Shown: piece by piece, positions 1-12,316 of the stretch | Layout: every line of letters starts with the position of its first letter | How positions within the stretch are numbered: position 1 is the stretch's first letter | Position numbers and translations under genes: made by a program | DNA from: Mustelus asterias | Taxonomy: Eukaryota | Assembly: GCF_964213995.1 (NCBI RefSeq) | Contig: NW_027590154.1 | Coordinates: 310,001-374,000 of the forward strand | DNA: 64,000 nucleotides | Reading direction: 5' to 3' | The notes under the pieces: generated by a model | The model's database searches: none | What the model saw: only the letters and a program-made list of their open reading frames with translations | What the model was told of the DNA's origin: nothing

Positions 1-9
1 ACGTAATGA

Positions 10-395
10 CTCTGGAGAGAGATGAGGTTTACAAGAATGTTGCCAGGGACTGAAAATTCCCGCCATGAGGCGAGATTGGATCGGCAGGGTTTGTTCTCTT
101 TAGGAAAAGAGGAGGCTGAGGCGTGACATAATTGTGGTTCACAAAATAATAAGGGACGTAGGCAGAAATAATTCATTCCCCAAGTGGAGGGCTCAATTAC
201 CAGGGAGCATGGTCATTTAAAAGGTATCTGGATCTGCATCTCAAGTGCTTTAAGCTGAAATGCTACGGAGCAAGGGCTGGAAAATAGGCTTACTTTGTCA
301 GGCTTGTTTATTTGTTCTCCCTTTTGGCCAGCACAGACATGATGGGCTAAATGGCCTCATGCTGCACAGTAACATTTCTGTTGTTCTTTGGTTCT
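10..395 (+). mobile_element. Degenerate CR1 LINE 3' end
   Basis: It resembles the ORF2 C-terminal DNA (RFTRMLPGL..RLDRQGLFSL) and has the tail gatgggctaaatggcct. Confidence 0.75.
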
Positions 396-534
396 GAGCA
401 ACTTTTCAGTCAGGAGGCACTTACCTGGATTTTGCATAATTCAATTTTTCAGAGTGCTACATATCAGTTATAACTAAAGCCTTATACAGTTCAATCAGAG
501 CGTTCCTGTCTTGCCCAAGTTCCACAACACTTAC

Positions 535-834
535 ATTGCATTCCAATGCTCTTGACCGAGCTGCTGTGTCGAACCTCACACTTGATTTTGCTGCACTCTC
601 CCTCTGACTGGGTGATGGTTAACTGGCTGCTCAAGGTGTAGGTTCCCTTCGCGTTTCTCACTGATGGATAAGTCTTAAATCCAGTGTCGATCAGCTGCCC
701 ATTTTTCTTCCAGGTCAGTTTGGAGACATCTGGAGAGTAGTCCATCGCCAAACAGCCGTAGGTGATGGAGCCAGCGGAGTTGTGTTGCTGACAGGAAGAG
801 ACGAGGCTGTAGAGAGTGGGCGGAGACGGTGTCG
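535..834 (-). CDS. IGHM: IgM heavy chain constant exon CH1 (Cmu1)
   Basis: The 300-bp exon lies between acceptor tcccAG (835-836) and donor GTAAGT (529-534). It translates (A)[99 protein letters not shown]. This is a C1-set Ig domain typical of shark Cmu1. It is in phase with the J donor (G+CG=Ala). Confidence 0.93.
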
Positions 835-934
835 CTGGGAAAGAATAGTCGATTCAACAAGTTAGACTCTTACCTACGTTTATTAATTAATCAAACATAT
901 TTATACAAGTATGTTTCTATATTAGGTATAACTC

Positions 935-1065
935 TTGGGGCTAAAGGGATCAGTGGATATGGGTAGTAGGCGGGCTCAGGATATTGATGAGCCGTAATCA
1001 AAGTGAATGGTAGAGCAGGGTCAAAGGGCCGAAGAGCCTCCTCTTGCTTCTATTTTCTATGTTTG
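935..1065 (+). mobile_element. CR1 3' tail fragment
   Basis: ggctaaagggatc..ggatatggg..aagggccgaagagcctcctcttgcttctattttctatgttt. Confidence 0.7.
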
Positions 1066-1364
1066 AACGTCACAATTTGACTAGAATTATGAACTTAAGT
1101 TAATATTTCCCGATTAAGACCTACGCACACCTTTGAGCTTCTGTTACTCCTATCATTTGGGAATCGCCATCTTTGGAGAAACTCACATCACTGTCTCCAC
1201 CTCTATCAGATTGGAAAGAGAAAAAACATTTTGATGTCATCGTAATGACATACCATTCACTGGATTAACAGAGAAGTGTAAAGAGTTTCTCCATTACTTC
1301 AGGCACTACCTATTTCTCAAACAACAGCACTTTGTGATGAAGAAGTTGTCTCTTCATTCATATC

Positions 1365-1490
1365 AGCCACTCGCCTGATGAAAGAGCTCCAAAAGCTCAC
1401 GATTCCAAATAAGCCTGTTGGAGTTCAACCTGGTGTTGTCAGACTCCTTACTGTGCCCACCCCAACCTAGCGTCGGCATATCCACATTGT
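1365..1490 (+). mobile_element. Penelope-like terminal repeat fragment
   Basis: cctgatgaa..aaagctc..attccaaataagcctgttggagttcaacctggtgttgt. The same family occurs inverted at 54880-55006. Confidence 0.6.
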
Positions 1491-1809
1491 AGTTTTGGCT
1501 ATTGCCTGTGTACAAACTAACTGATGCCCCTTCCTCTCTCCAACTCACTGCCCCTCACTCCACAAAACGAAGATTGGTGACTTTGCTTCAAAACTACCTT
1601 CGGAATGAATACTTACTGAATGACCAGGAAACTCTAAATGTGATTACAAATTCAAATAATTGCAACATTGACTAATTGAAGGGTCATACATTAATAGCAA
1701 GAGTTGGCCATTCGGGCCCTGACGTCTCCTCCATTATTCACTGAGATTACAGATGATCTGGTTGTGGTGCTAGCTCTATTTTGCACATCCTCACTCCGCC
1801 CGTCGATCA

Positions 1810-2405
1810 CCCACTCTCTGCCCATTTTCCCCGACTCTCTGCGCTTTCCCCTGGCTCTCTGCTATTCCCTCTGGCTCTTTTCCCCTTTCACCCGGCTCTC
1901 CGCACTTCCACCTGGCTCTCTACACTTCCCTCCAACTCTGTCCCCTCTCCCCCGGCTCCCTGCCCTTTCCCTCAGCTCCCTACCCTTTCCTCTGGCTCTC
2001 TGCCCTTTCCCCCTGACTCCCTGCCTTTCCCCTTGACTCTCTGCCCTTTCCTCTGGGCTCTCTTGTACTTTTCCTCGGCTCTCTGTCCTTTCCCCGGCCT
2101 CCCTGCCCTTTATCCTGGCTCTCTCCTCTTTCCCTGGTCTCTCTGTCCTTTCTCCTGGTTCTCTGCCCTTTCACCTGGCTCCCTGCCCTTTCTATTAGCT
2201 CTCTGCCCTTTCTTCTGGCTCTCTGCGCTTTCTCCTGACTCTCTGCCCTTTCCCGGCTCTCAGCCCTGTTGCCCGGCTGTGGGCCCATTCCCCGGGCTCT
2301 CTGCCCTTCCCCCCCGGCTCTCTGCCCTTTAGCACGCCTCCTGTTCTCCCTGGCTCTTTGCCATTGTCCTTGGCCCTGAGCCCCCAGGGATTCCCCCCAG
2401 CTCTC
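1810..2405. repeat. CT-rich minisatellite of about 19-20 bp (ggctctctgccctttcccc), G-rich on the Ig sense strand
   Basis: About 30 degenerate tandem units are visible. Confidence 0.92.
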
Positions 2406-2494
2406 CGCATTCGCAGGGCAGCTCCCACATTTGAACACCAAACTGCCGCTTGAGATCTTTCTTCTCTCTCGTTGCAGACCTCCACACACAGGTT

Positions 2495-4020
2495 TAGCGA
2501 GTGTGAGTGAGAGAATGTGAGTGCGTGAGGGTGAGTGATTGAAGGAGTGAGAGTGGATGAGTGATGGCGTGTGAGTGACGGAAGGTGGGTAAGTGAGGGT
2601 GAGTGAGTGAAGTTCTTTCAGTGAGGATGAGTGATTGAGGGTGAGTGAGTGAAGGTGGCTGAATGTGTGAGTGAAGGTGGGTGAGTGAGTGTCGGTAAGA
2701 GAGAATGAATGAGGGTGAGTGAGTGAGGATGCGTGAAGGTTAGTGAAGGTGGGTGAGTGAGAGCGAGTGAATGAGGGTGAGGAGTGAATGTGACTTAGTA
2801 AGTGAGGGTGAGAGAGCGTGAGTAAATGAGGGTGTGTGAGAGAGGGTGGGTGAGTGAAGGTGGCTGAATGTGTGAGTGAAGGTGGGTGAGTGAGTGTCGG
2901 TAAGAGAGAATGAATGAGGGTGAGTGAGTGAGGATGCGTGAAGGTTACTGAAGGTGGGTGAGTGAGAGCGAGTGAATGAGGGTGAGGAGTGAATGTGACT
3001 TAGTAAGTGAGGGTGAGAGAGTGAGTGAGCTGGGGGGGGTTATTGAGGGTGGTGTGTGAGAGTGTGTGAGGGAGAATGAATGCGGATGGGTGGATGAGTG
3101 AAGGTGAGTGAGTAAAGGTGTTTGACTGAGGATGAGTGATTGAGGATCTGTGAGTTAGGGTGGGTGAACGTGAGTGATGGTGAATATGTGAGGGTGTGTG
3201 AGTGAATGTAGGTGCGTGAGTCTCAGTGAGTTTGAATGGGTCAGGTGGCGTACGTGAGAGAGAGAGGGTAATTGAGCTTGAGTGTGTGGGGCAACGTCTG
3301 GGTGAGTGAGGGTGGGTAAGTGGGGAGAGTGAGTGAGGGTGAGTGAGAGAGATTGAGACTGGATGAGTGAGGGTGGGTAAGTGGACTGAGTGAGTGAGAG
3401 TGGGTGAGTGAGGCTGGGTTAGTGGGATGAGTGAACGAAGGTGACTATGAGTGTTGGTGAGTGACTGAGGCTCTGAGTGAGTGACTGAGGGTTAGTGAGT
3501 GAGGTTGAGTGAGTGATAGCGTGTGAGTGTGGGTGACTGAGTGACAGTGAGTGAATGAGAGTGTGTGAGGGCGAGTGAGTGTGAGTGAGTGAGTGCTGGT
3601 GAGTGAATGAGGGTGTGAATGTGAGTGAATGAGGGTGAGTGAGTGAGGATGGGTGAGAGTGAGAGAGCGAATGTGTGTGAGTGATTTTGAGTGAGTGAGG
3701 GTGTGAGGGTGAGTGACTCAGGGTGAATGAGGATCAGTGAGTTTCTGAGGTTGAGTGCGTGAAATTGAGTGTGTGAAGTTGAGTGTGTGAGGTTGAGTGT
3801 GTGAAATTGAGTGTGTGAGGGTGGATGAGTGAGCAAGGGTGAGTGAGTTGGGATGAGTGAGTTGGGATGAGTGAGTTGGGATTTGTGAGTGGGGATGAAT
3901 GAGTGAGAGTGTGTCAGCGAGGGAAGGTGGGTAAGTGAGGGTGAGTGAGTCAAGTTCTTTGAGTGAGGATGAGAGATTGAGGGTGAGTGAGGAAGTGTGG
4001 GTGAGGGTGAGAGAGTCAGT
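2495..4020. repeat. (GAGT/GAGG)n degenerate array
   Basis: gtgagtgagggtgagt repeats, with a near-exact internal duplication of about 175 bp (2645-2820 vs 2850-3025). Confidence 0.92.
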
Positions 4021-4558
4021 GGGCCACCTCCACCTCTTCCTCTCCATCGATCTTTTCCCGATTCTCCACATTGATCAGCTTTCAGTAACAGGGATGTGTA
4101 AATCACCAGGCAGCTGCTTTAATGTCGGTGTCTTTCTTCAAGAAACACGTACCAGTGAACAAATAGTCAGACTGAGGGAGCTGTAGGGAAGCTGACAGCA
4201 AAACTAGGATGGGTCGCACAGGAATCAACCAGTATTGGGAGCCAGGCGGCCATGGTCTCAGCCAATTCCCTTTTTATTTTTTGGGTTTTTGTGTCCGGTT
4301 TAACACATGGAAATTCCTACTTCTGACCTCATGTTGGATGGAATGTCACTGTTGAAGCAGTAGAAGATTGTTGGTCCAAGAACAGTCCCCTGCCGACATC
4401 CTGCAGTGAAATCTGAACTTAGATGTTTGACCTCCAACCACCAATACCATGTTGCTTTGTGCGAAGTATGACTCCAAACAGAGAAGAATTTCCCGCCGAT
4501 TCTTATTGACTTGAGTTTTACTCGGGCCCCTTGATCCCACCCTCATTCAAATGCTACC

Positions 4559-4618
4559 GGGGTGGGGGTGGGGGAGGGGGGAGTCGGGGGGGGGGGGGGG
4601 GTCGGGGGGGGGGGGGGT
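4559..4618 (+). repeat. Poly-G tract
   Basis: Nearly pure G runs. Confidence 0.9.
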
Positions 4619-4623
4619 GCGTT

Positions 4624-4935
4624 GGCACGGTGGCACAGTGATTAGCGCTGCTGCCTCAGAGTTGGATTCCCGACTTGGGTCACTGTCTGTGTGGAGTTTG
4701 CAAGTTCCCCCCGTGTCTGTTTGGGTTTCCTTAGGGTGCTCCTGTTTCCTCCCACAGTCCAACGATGTATGGGTTCGGTGGATTGGCCGTGCTAAAATTG
4801 CCCCTTAGTGTCAGGGGGACTAGTTCCGGTAAATACATGTGGTTATGGGGATAGGGCTTTGCTGGGATTGCTGTTGGTGCAGACTCGATGGGCTGAATGG
4901 CTTCCTTCTGCACTGTAGCATCCTATGATTCTACT
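4624..4935 (+). mobile_element. HE1-like tRNA-derived V-SINE
   Basis: Head ggcacggtggcacagtg, core gtctgtgtggagtttgca, and CR1-type tail gatgggctgaatggcttccttctgcactgta. Confidence 0.88.
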
Positions 4936-4977
4936 CTATGGTGTCAAGGACAGACACTCTGACGTATGTGAGACCGA

Positions 4978-4979
4978 AA

Positions 4980-5016
<37 letters not shown>

Positions 5017-5041
5017 CGATAGAGGGAGAGAGAGATAGAGG

Positions 5042-5080
<39 letters not shown>

Positions 5081-5594
5081 TGTGTGTGAGGATGCCTGTG
5101 TATGATAGAATGCGTTTGCACGTGTGTGAGACAGTGGGCTGCGCGTGCAAGAGGGGAGAGTGTGCGTGAGAGAAGGGGTGTGTGAGATAATGTGTGTGTG
5201 TGAGACAGAATGTGTGTTTGAAGAATTATTCTTTGTGTGTGAGAGTGTGTCTCTTCTTGAAAATGTATGTGTGTGGAGGGGCGGGGAGAGTGTGTGTGGG
5301 GAGTCTGTGTGAAAGAGTACTTCTGTGTGTGATGGTGTGTATGTTGATGTGAAAGGGAGTGTGTCTATTTGAGATACACGATGTCTGTGAAAGAGAGTGT
5401 GTGTGCCTGAGAGGGAGGTTATGTGTGAGGGAGAGTGTTGTGTTCATGTGAAAGACAGTGTGTGTGAGAGGGAGTGCCTATTGGAAAGCAAAATAATATG
5501 TTCATCAGTGTGTGACACTGTGCATGGGATGGCGTGTGAGTGAGAAAGATGTGTACAATGTGTGTGGGAGATAGAAGCAATGTGGGGTGTTTGA

Positions 5595-5655
<61 letters not shown>

Positions 5656-6680
5656 GAGGGGCGGGGAGAGTGTGTGTGAGCGAGAAAAAGTGTGAAACTT
5701 AGACAGAGTGGATGCGTGAGTGTGTGTGAGTGAATTGACTGTTGAGAGAACATGTGTCTGTGATAGGTGGAGTGTTTAAAGAGAGATACATTGTATATAC
5801 ATGTGTGTCCGTGTGTAAGAGAAGGAGAGACTGTGTGCGAGATTGTGTGCGTGTGAAAGGGAGGGTGTTTGTGAGAGACAGTGTTTGAGAGCAAGATTGT
5901 GCGTGTGTGAGACAATGTGTAAGGGAGTGAGCGGGTGAAAGAGAGAGAAATATGTACCTGTGTGAGAGAATGCGTGTGCAAGTGTCCGTATGAGAGAGAG
6001 CATGGGAATGTGTGTGAGACGAAGTGAGAGTGTACGGAAGAGGGAATGTGAGAGGGATAGTGCATGTGTGTGTGTGAGAGAGAGAATGTGTGCGCGAGAC
6101 TGTGCTTATGTGAGAGACCGTGTCTGTGTGTAAGAGTGTGTGTTAGAGTGTGTGCATGTTCTATGTTTGTGAGAGTGTTTGTGAGAGAGCCAGTGTGTGA
6201 GAGCAAGAATGTAGAGGTGTGAGATAGTGTGCGCAAGAGAAATAGAAATATGTGCGTGTGTGTGTGAGAGAGAGAGATGCGTGTGCAAGAGGAATTGTGA
6301 GAGAGCGTGTGAAGAAATGTGAGACAGCTTGAGCGTGTGTGACAGAGAGTGGAAGAGAGAGAGTCCATGTGAGAGTGCGTGCGCGAGAGTGTGAGACTGT
6401 GCTTATGTGAGAGTGTGTGTCTGTGTGTAAGAGAGAATGGGTGGGTGTGTGGGGATGTGAGCGCTTTTGTGTATGGGGATGTGAGAGATTGATGGAGAGA
6501 GCGAGACGATGTATGTATTTGTATTGAGAGAGTGTATGTGTAACGTGAGAGAGAGAATGTGTATGGGTGTGTAAGAGAGACCGTATGAGAGAGAAAGTAA
6601 GTGTGAGTATGTATGTTTGTGTGTGTGCATGTGTGAGAGAATATGAGAGTATTTATGTGTGTGAGAGTGTGTGATGTGTA
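4978..6680. repeat. (GT)n/(GA)n compound microsatellite field
   Basis: Degenerate GT/GA dinucleotide repeats, with pure (GT)n at about 5600-5654. Confidence 0.93.
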
Positions 6681-6954
6681 TAAGTCTCTATTTGGCTGAT
6701 TCAGTCTGGAAAACACACTCACTCCACACATACTCACCCATTCACACAGTAAGTGGGAGTGACAAGTGAGCACAATACGGAGCGCGGGCCAAGGGTTGGA
6801 AAAACATTTAAATCTTTTGCAATCAGTCGCAATTGAATAATTCACCCTACTCAATGAGGGAAACCTGTAAAAACTCAAGAAATTTGACACAATCCAGGGC
6901 AAAGCCACCCACAAGATTATCCGCCCCCTCATTCACCCTATTCTCTCTCTCCAT

Positions 6955-7300
6955 CACTAACAAGCAGTGACAGCAGTGTGTGTTATATACAAGATGCACT
7001 GCAGCAACTCACCAAGGCTCCATAGTAAACACTGTCCAAACCCGTTGCCTTTATATCCTAACAGGATAAGGGCAGCAGCCACATATGAAGACTACCACCT
7101 GCAAGCTCCCCTCCAAGACACACACCATCCTGACTTGAAACAATACCTCAGTTCCTTCTGGGTCAAAATCCTGGAACTTCCACCTAACAGCACGGCGGAT
7201 GCCTGCAGCATATGGATTGCAGTTATTCAAGGATGCTTCATATCAACACTTTCTCAAGGAACAATTATTGATGATTAAAACTTCTGGCCGAGCAAATGAC
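6955..7300 (+). mobile_element. Old CR1/L2-type LINE 3' fragment
   Basis: cagcagtgtgt..tacaagatgcactgcagcaactcaccaaggctcc is homologous to 28600-28970 and 46850-47070. Confidence 0.6.
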
Positions 7301-7759
7301 TCTAAAATGGGTTTAGAAGATTAAAAATAAGATGCAAATGAATTTGACCCTTCAACTGTCATACCAAACAGGTCATGGACTGCTTTACTACGGAGCACAA
7401 TCTCACTTTGCATTTGCTCATCGAACATTCCCAAGGCCGGTACATCACTGGTTAAAAATCATCCAAATCTCCCTCTACAATCTGACGTTTCTGCTCTCTC
7501 TGATGGTCACAATATGCTTTAGGGATCTCATTTCTGAGACGCCGAGACAAACATCAAGTCAAACTGTCACATTTCTCACAGATACAAGTTTATTGAAGAA
7601 ATAAATCAAATTTCACTCCCTGAAATACAGCAGAAGGAACCAGAAGTTTTACAACCAGTCAGGCAGATTCCTGGTCCCAACACAGTGACCACGCGCGCAG
7701 AAACAGAACAGACACAAACGGTGCAACAATCGATTTCCCAGCAGGTAGGTATGATCAAT

Positions 7760-9320
7760 CTGTCAATTTAATTCAAACTGTTTGATTCTAATTGATCAAT
7801 GATCAATTTACAACAGAAAATCAATAACCTCTTTTAAATAAAACTGAAATTCATTTCAAAACTCCTGTCGATTTTTAATTATGTCTCTCTGCCTGTCTCA
7901 CTTCTCGAAAACTATGTAAAAATGTAATTTCGCTGAAAATTAGGAATCAAAAATAACAGATTCAGGACAGTTCAATGTCCCCGACAGAGATACAGTGACA
8001 CAGTAAGGATTAAATAAACCAAGAAACATTTACATTGAAAATCATTACCTGATTCGATCTAATTTCTTAATTAAATGTAATCAACAAAATATTCGAGGTA
8101 AAACACCTTATCGAGCTAAGCATAGCTGATAAAAGAAAGGTTTTGTTTCTGAATTCATTTTCGATACAATTAAACATTCTCTGAAACGGATGATACTTTG
8201 CACGCCCGTGCATTATTCAAGGTATTTTGTTTTGAATTAATTAGCACCAATATTATATTTTGTTTTGTTAATTGCCGGTTACTTTTCCTGTTAGCTGATT
8301 TGTACTCCCTAATAAAATCAGTTTTCAATCATTCAAAACTTTCCCTGCCTCGAACATTGTGAAGTAATTAGGTTCCAATTAAATATTAAACAATAAACTT
8401 CAAATTACTGAATGGAAAGATTCAGACATCTGTAATTCATTTGCTTCAATCGAATAACATTGTCATGTTTTTTCATTTCCACTTTTACTCCAAATGCCTT
8501 ATTATAACCTGCAAACGTGTTAAGAATGCATGTTTCTGAATTTGTATATACTGTAACGGCCTGGCAGTTTGAGGTCAATGAAGCTGCTTCCTAGATTTAA
8601 TAATTTGGACCATCCATATAATTTAATTACTGAACATATTGTTTAAATTAAGAAGTTCTGAATTAAACAATGAAAAACACAATGAGGACAATTGATTCAA
8701 ATCCTCTGCAACACTGAAACATGATGCACAAAATAAGTCGAGACTTTTTCTTCAGTATAATATTTAATACTAATTAAACATAATGCTCAAATAGAATCAA
8801 TTCTTCTATTCTGTCATTTATTCATCCAATAATTCTATTCTATGTTCAGCAGTAATGGGAGACAGGATGTTATTATTAAATGCAGAGCAAATATTACTAA
8901 TATAAAAATATTATAATATTATAAAAAATTAATTATTTGAATTTCAAGTATTAAATTGTAAATCTCTAGCCAGTTTCTGTTGACACCTTACGGCAATTCA
9001 AACACCATTATATGAACAATTGTTTAGTGTTAGCGAATTCCACCTGTCAGAAAACTGTGTTCACTCTGTCACATTTATTCAAACTGTGGGATTCTAATTG
9101 ATCAATTTTCAAACTACAACAACAAAAATCAATAACTTCTTTTAAATTAAACTGATATTCATTTCAAAATTCCCTTCGACTTTTAACTATTTCTCCCTGT
9201 CTATCTCAAATCTCGAAAACTAGGCAAAAAATATTTTTTTTTCTGAAAATGTGCACATCAGATATAACCGATCCAGGGTAGTGTAATGTCCCTAACAGAG
9301 GTACAGTGACGCAGTAAGAA
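7760..9320. repeat. AT-rich direct duplication of about 250 bp (7760-8010 and 9070-9320)
   Basis: Both copies read attcaaactg..gattctaattgatcaat..aaaatcaataac..ctcgaaaacta..tacagtgac.cagtaag. Confidence 0.8.
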
Positions 9321-9464
9321 TTGTAATTCATGATTTACTTTAATCTGCAAGCATCAGTTAGCATGAATAAAATGCTCAAATATATATTTATTTTATTTTT
9401 TCCGATACCAGTTTGTTTTATCCTGACAAGGATGTTTAAACGCAGTTTGTTTTTTTCATTTAGC

Positions 9465-11335
9465 TAGAAAAAGTGTAACCGCTCAGGATCACCGAGTTGA
9501 AACAATACAGAAACAATTGAGAAACACAAAACCATTTCACAAATTTTGAGATGAGATTAGTGATTAATTACCTCTGCATCCAACTACAAATTACTTGGAA
9601 GGAATGCTGCGCCTGCACAGAAACAATGTAATAATCGGGCACAAAAATTGCCAAATAGCGTTTTATTGCCAATTATTCTCCAAAACTCATATTTAAGTGA
9701 ATGCGAACTTCATCGGGGATATAACAATTAATGCAAAGTATCTTGTTGAACTGAGCGCTGCTGTGGAAACAGCATGTTATCAGTGAAATAGTTTCTGGAA
9801 TTATCACAAAATATTTCCAGCCGAGAAACTTTTTTGGTAATGTTAATTGTATGCAAAGCACAGCAGAACTATTAAAGCCGATTAATGCGAAATGATATGA
9901 ATAGAAAATAATCTTTTGTGAATATGTAGTTATGTTACCGATTAATAACAGTTTGATTTATATTAATTTTACTGTCAAACTTGTTAATGAGAAGTTTGTT
10001 TTTGCAGCAACTACTTAGTGTCCGATTGAGCGTTGTAAGACATGATTTATTTTAATTTCTAAGAGTTAGTTAAAATTTATAAAAATGCTGTAATACCTTT
10101 ATTTTATTTCTTTCACAACCTGCTTATTTTCTCCCTACAAGGATTTTCAAACTCATAGATTATTTGCATTTAACCAGAAAACGTGTAACCGCTCAGTGCC
10201 ACCGAGTTTAAGCAATGCAGAAACACCAAAACATTTCACACATTTTAAACATTCTTAGTGACCCAACGACAGAACCTCCTCAACAGAAACACACCAAAAC
10301 ACATCAATGAGGGAATGAATCCGTTTCACGGGGACGCAACTCAATTATCCATTCAACAAAATCAAAAATATGATTGCAAGGAAATCTCAATATTCAATCC
10401 GGCAAAACAGCTCGTCACCAAATATATGAATGTTTGAACTAAACAGAAATTTGGAATAAGAGCAATAGCATTGCGAGGAGGTGGAATATGTCCAACAAAT
10501 TAACATTGAAATTTTACCACATTCTATTCATATTGGGTCATATTTCAAACAGATTTCAAACATATTAAAATATTGGGTGGGTAAAAGCTGCAGCCGTCAG
10601 ATGCCACCGAGGTTAAACATGGCATGTATCCCAAATTGTGAATGCAGTGGCAAACTATGTTTTGGACGAGTGGCATAAACCGTGGTTTGGTTTAACCTGC
10701 ACTTATCAGCTCCGATTTTAAAAAAATACAAATACAATAAAGCCTGCCTGATTTCTGTCTGCAGGCACACGTCAAGTAGTTTAAAACCCTCAGACTGTTT
10801 GTATTCAATCACAAAGTGTGTAACAGCTCAGTGTCACCGAGGGTAAACAATGCAGAATCTCCGAACCATTTCACAAATTTTACTTATTCAAAGTCACCCA
10901 GACAGACAACCTCCTCACCAGAAACACGCAGCACTGAGGGACTGAAGCCCGGTTCATGCAGAAGCAGCTCAATTCTACAAACAGTTGCAACAGAATCAAA
11001 TTTCACATTGGCAGAAAATCTCACTTTAAAATCCAGCCAATCTGACCATCACCAAAGCAACTAATAATTAAAATAAGCACAACAATGACATGGCAAAATC
11101 AGACTATGATTAAGCGGAACATGTTCGCAACATTAAAGTCGAAACTTTAAGACATTTTGTTAATATTGGGTTAGATTTCAAACACTTGTGCAGTAGATGG
11201 TGCAACTCGCAGCCACTAGATGTCACCGAGATTAAACATTGAAGAAACGCCGAACTGTTTAACAAAAGGAAGGCATTTAAAGTAACCCAGCCACACAATG
11301 TCCTCAGCAGATAAACACCAAATCACAACAAGAGA
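9465..11335. repeat. Degenerate tandem duplication with 620-710 bp period just 3' of J
   Basis: The motif gtgtaac.gctcag...caccgag..taa.caatgcagaa recurs at about 9474, 10182 and 10818, with partial copies at about 10600 and 11220. Confidence 0.75.
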
Positions 11336-11542
11336 CTGAATCACTCAGTATCACCTTTTGTCAATTAACAGTAGAATTCTATAACCCCCATTTTAAGCAG
11401 GATCACATGAAACATTGTAAAGATTTTCAGCACAGAATCCACCAAACCACATTACAGTGAACGAATGAATTAATAAAATCGAGAAAAAGTATAAAACAAA
11501 AACTCAAATAAAACACTGCCTAAATAAATGCATGGTTCTTAC

Positions 11543-11590
11543 CTGCAGTCACCGTCACCATGGTCCCTTGTCCCCAGTAGCCCATGGCGT
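11543..11590 (-). CDS. IGHJ: IgH J segment (AMGYWGQGTMVTVTA)
   Basis: It has the WGQG motif, donor GTAAGA at 11537-11542, and a 23-RSS directly upstream. Confidence 0.97.
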
Positions 11591-11629
11591 CACAGTGTCA
11601 CATTCTCTAGGCTGGGTCATACAATAACC
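11591..11629 (+). other. J recombination signal sequence (23-RSS)
   Basis: CACAGTG (11591-11597) + 23 bp + ACAATAACC (11621-11629). Confidence 0.96.
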
Positions 11630-11948
11630 ATCTCTGCACAAAATAGACAGAAATCCATCAGTATTTTAAAAATTCACAAGCCAGAGGGAAAGCAAATTTT
11701 CATGAAATTATTATTGTACTGGTGGATACCGTTCGCTCTACATAAATAACCTGAATGTTTTATATTTCATCGAGGGTCACATGATCAAGTTATTGAAAAC
11801 ACCAACTGATAATTAAATAGTTATCATAAATTTCCCATATTAATTCTCGCTATTTGTGTAGTGCTGGGACATAAATAATACAGCACTGTAAACAATGCTG
11901 GATTGGAAAACAGAGCACTGCCCCAGTCTCGGTCAATTAGTGCTGAGG

Positions 11949-12016
11949 GGTTTTTGTATTGACAGTAACTGCTGTGCCATCCAGTTATCACAGTGAGACA
12001 CAGCATGACAAATACT
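11949..12016 (-). other. IGHD: IgH D2 segment (core 11977-11988, ATAACTGGATGG) flanked by 12/12 RSS
   Basis: The J-side RSS reads CACAGCA-12-ACAAAAACC on the minus strand (11949-11976). The V-side RSS reads CACAGTG-12-ACAAATACT on the plus strand (11989-12016). Frames: ITGW / *LD / NWM. Confidence 0.95.
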
Positions 12017-12316
12017 GTGCCCGACTGCTAACTGTTTAATTTCACTGCTGTCTCAAAAATCTGATTCTGCCTCATCCACGAGCGAATGAGTGAGATATTT
12101 CAGCTTGTCCTGGTCATTGTATTTATAAAGGGGATCGGAATGCTTTTAAACTCTCTGTGTAGATTTAGCATATCGGTAAATATAGATTTTACGGGAAGAT
12201 TTTTATACCTTTTCACAAACTAATATTACTTCCACACATTATTTCACTGAAGCCTCGTTTACTTTGAAAATCCTGCTGTGGTACTGATTACCAATTTGAA
12301 CAATCTCTTTCCATGA

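Noticed and set aside
1704-4106. Pro/Leu-rich, Arg/Glu-rich and His/Ser-rich ORFs
   Set aside because: They are stop-poor frames of minisatellites.
5505-6932. 475-aa His/Thr/Ser/Leu-rich ORF
   Set aside because: It is a translation of the CA/CT microsatellite within the IgM intron.
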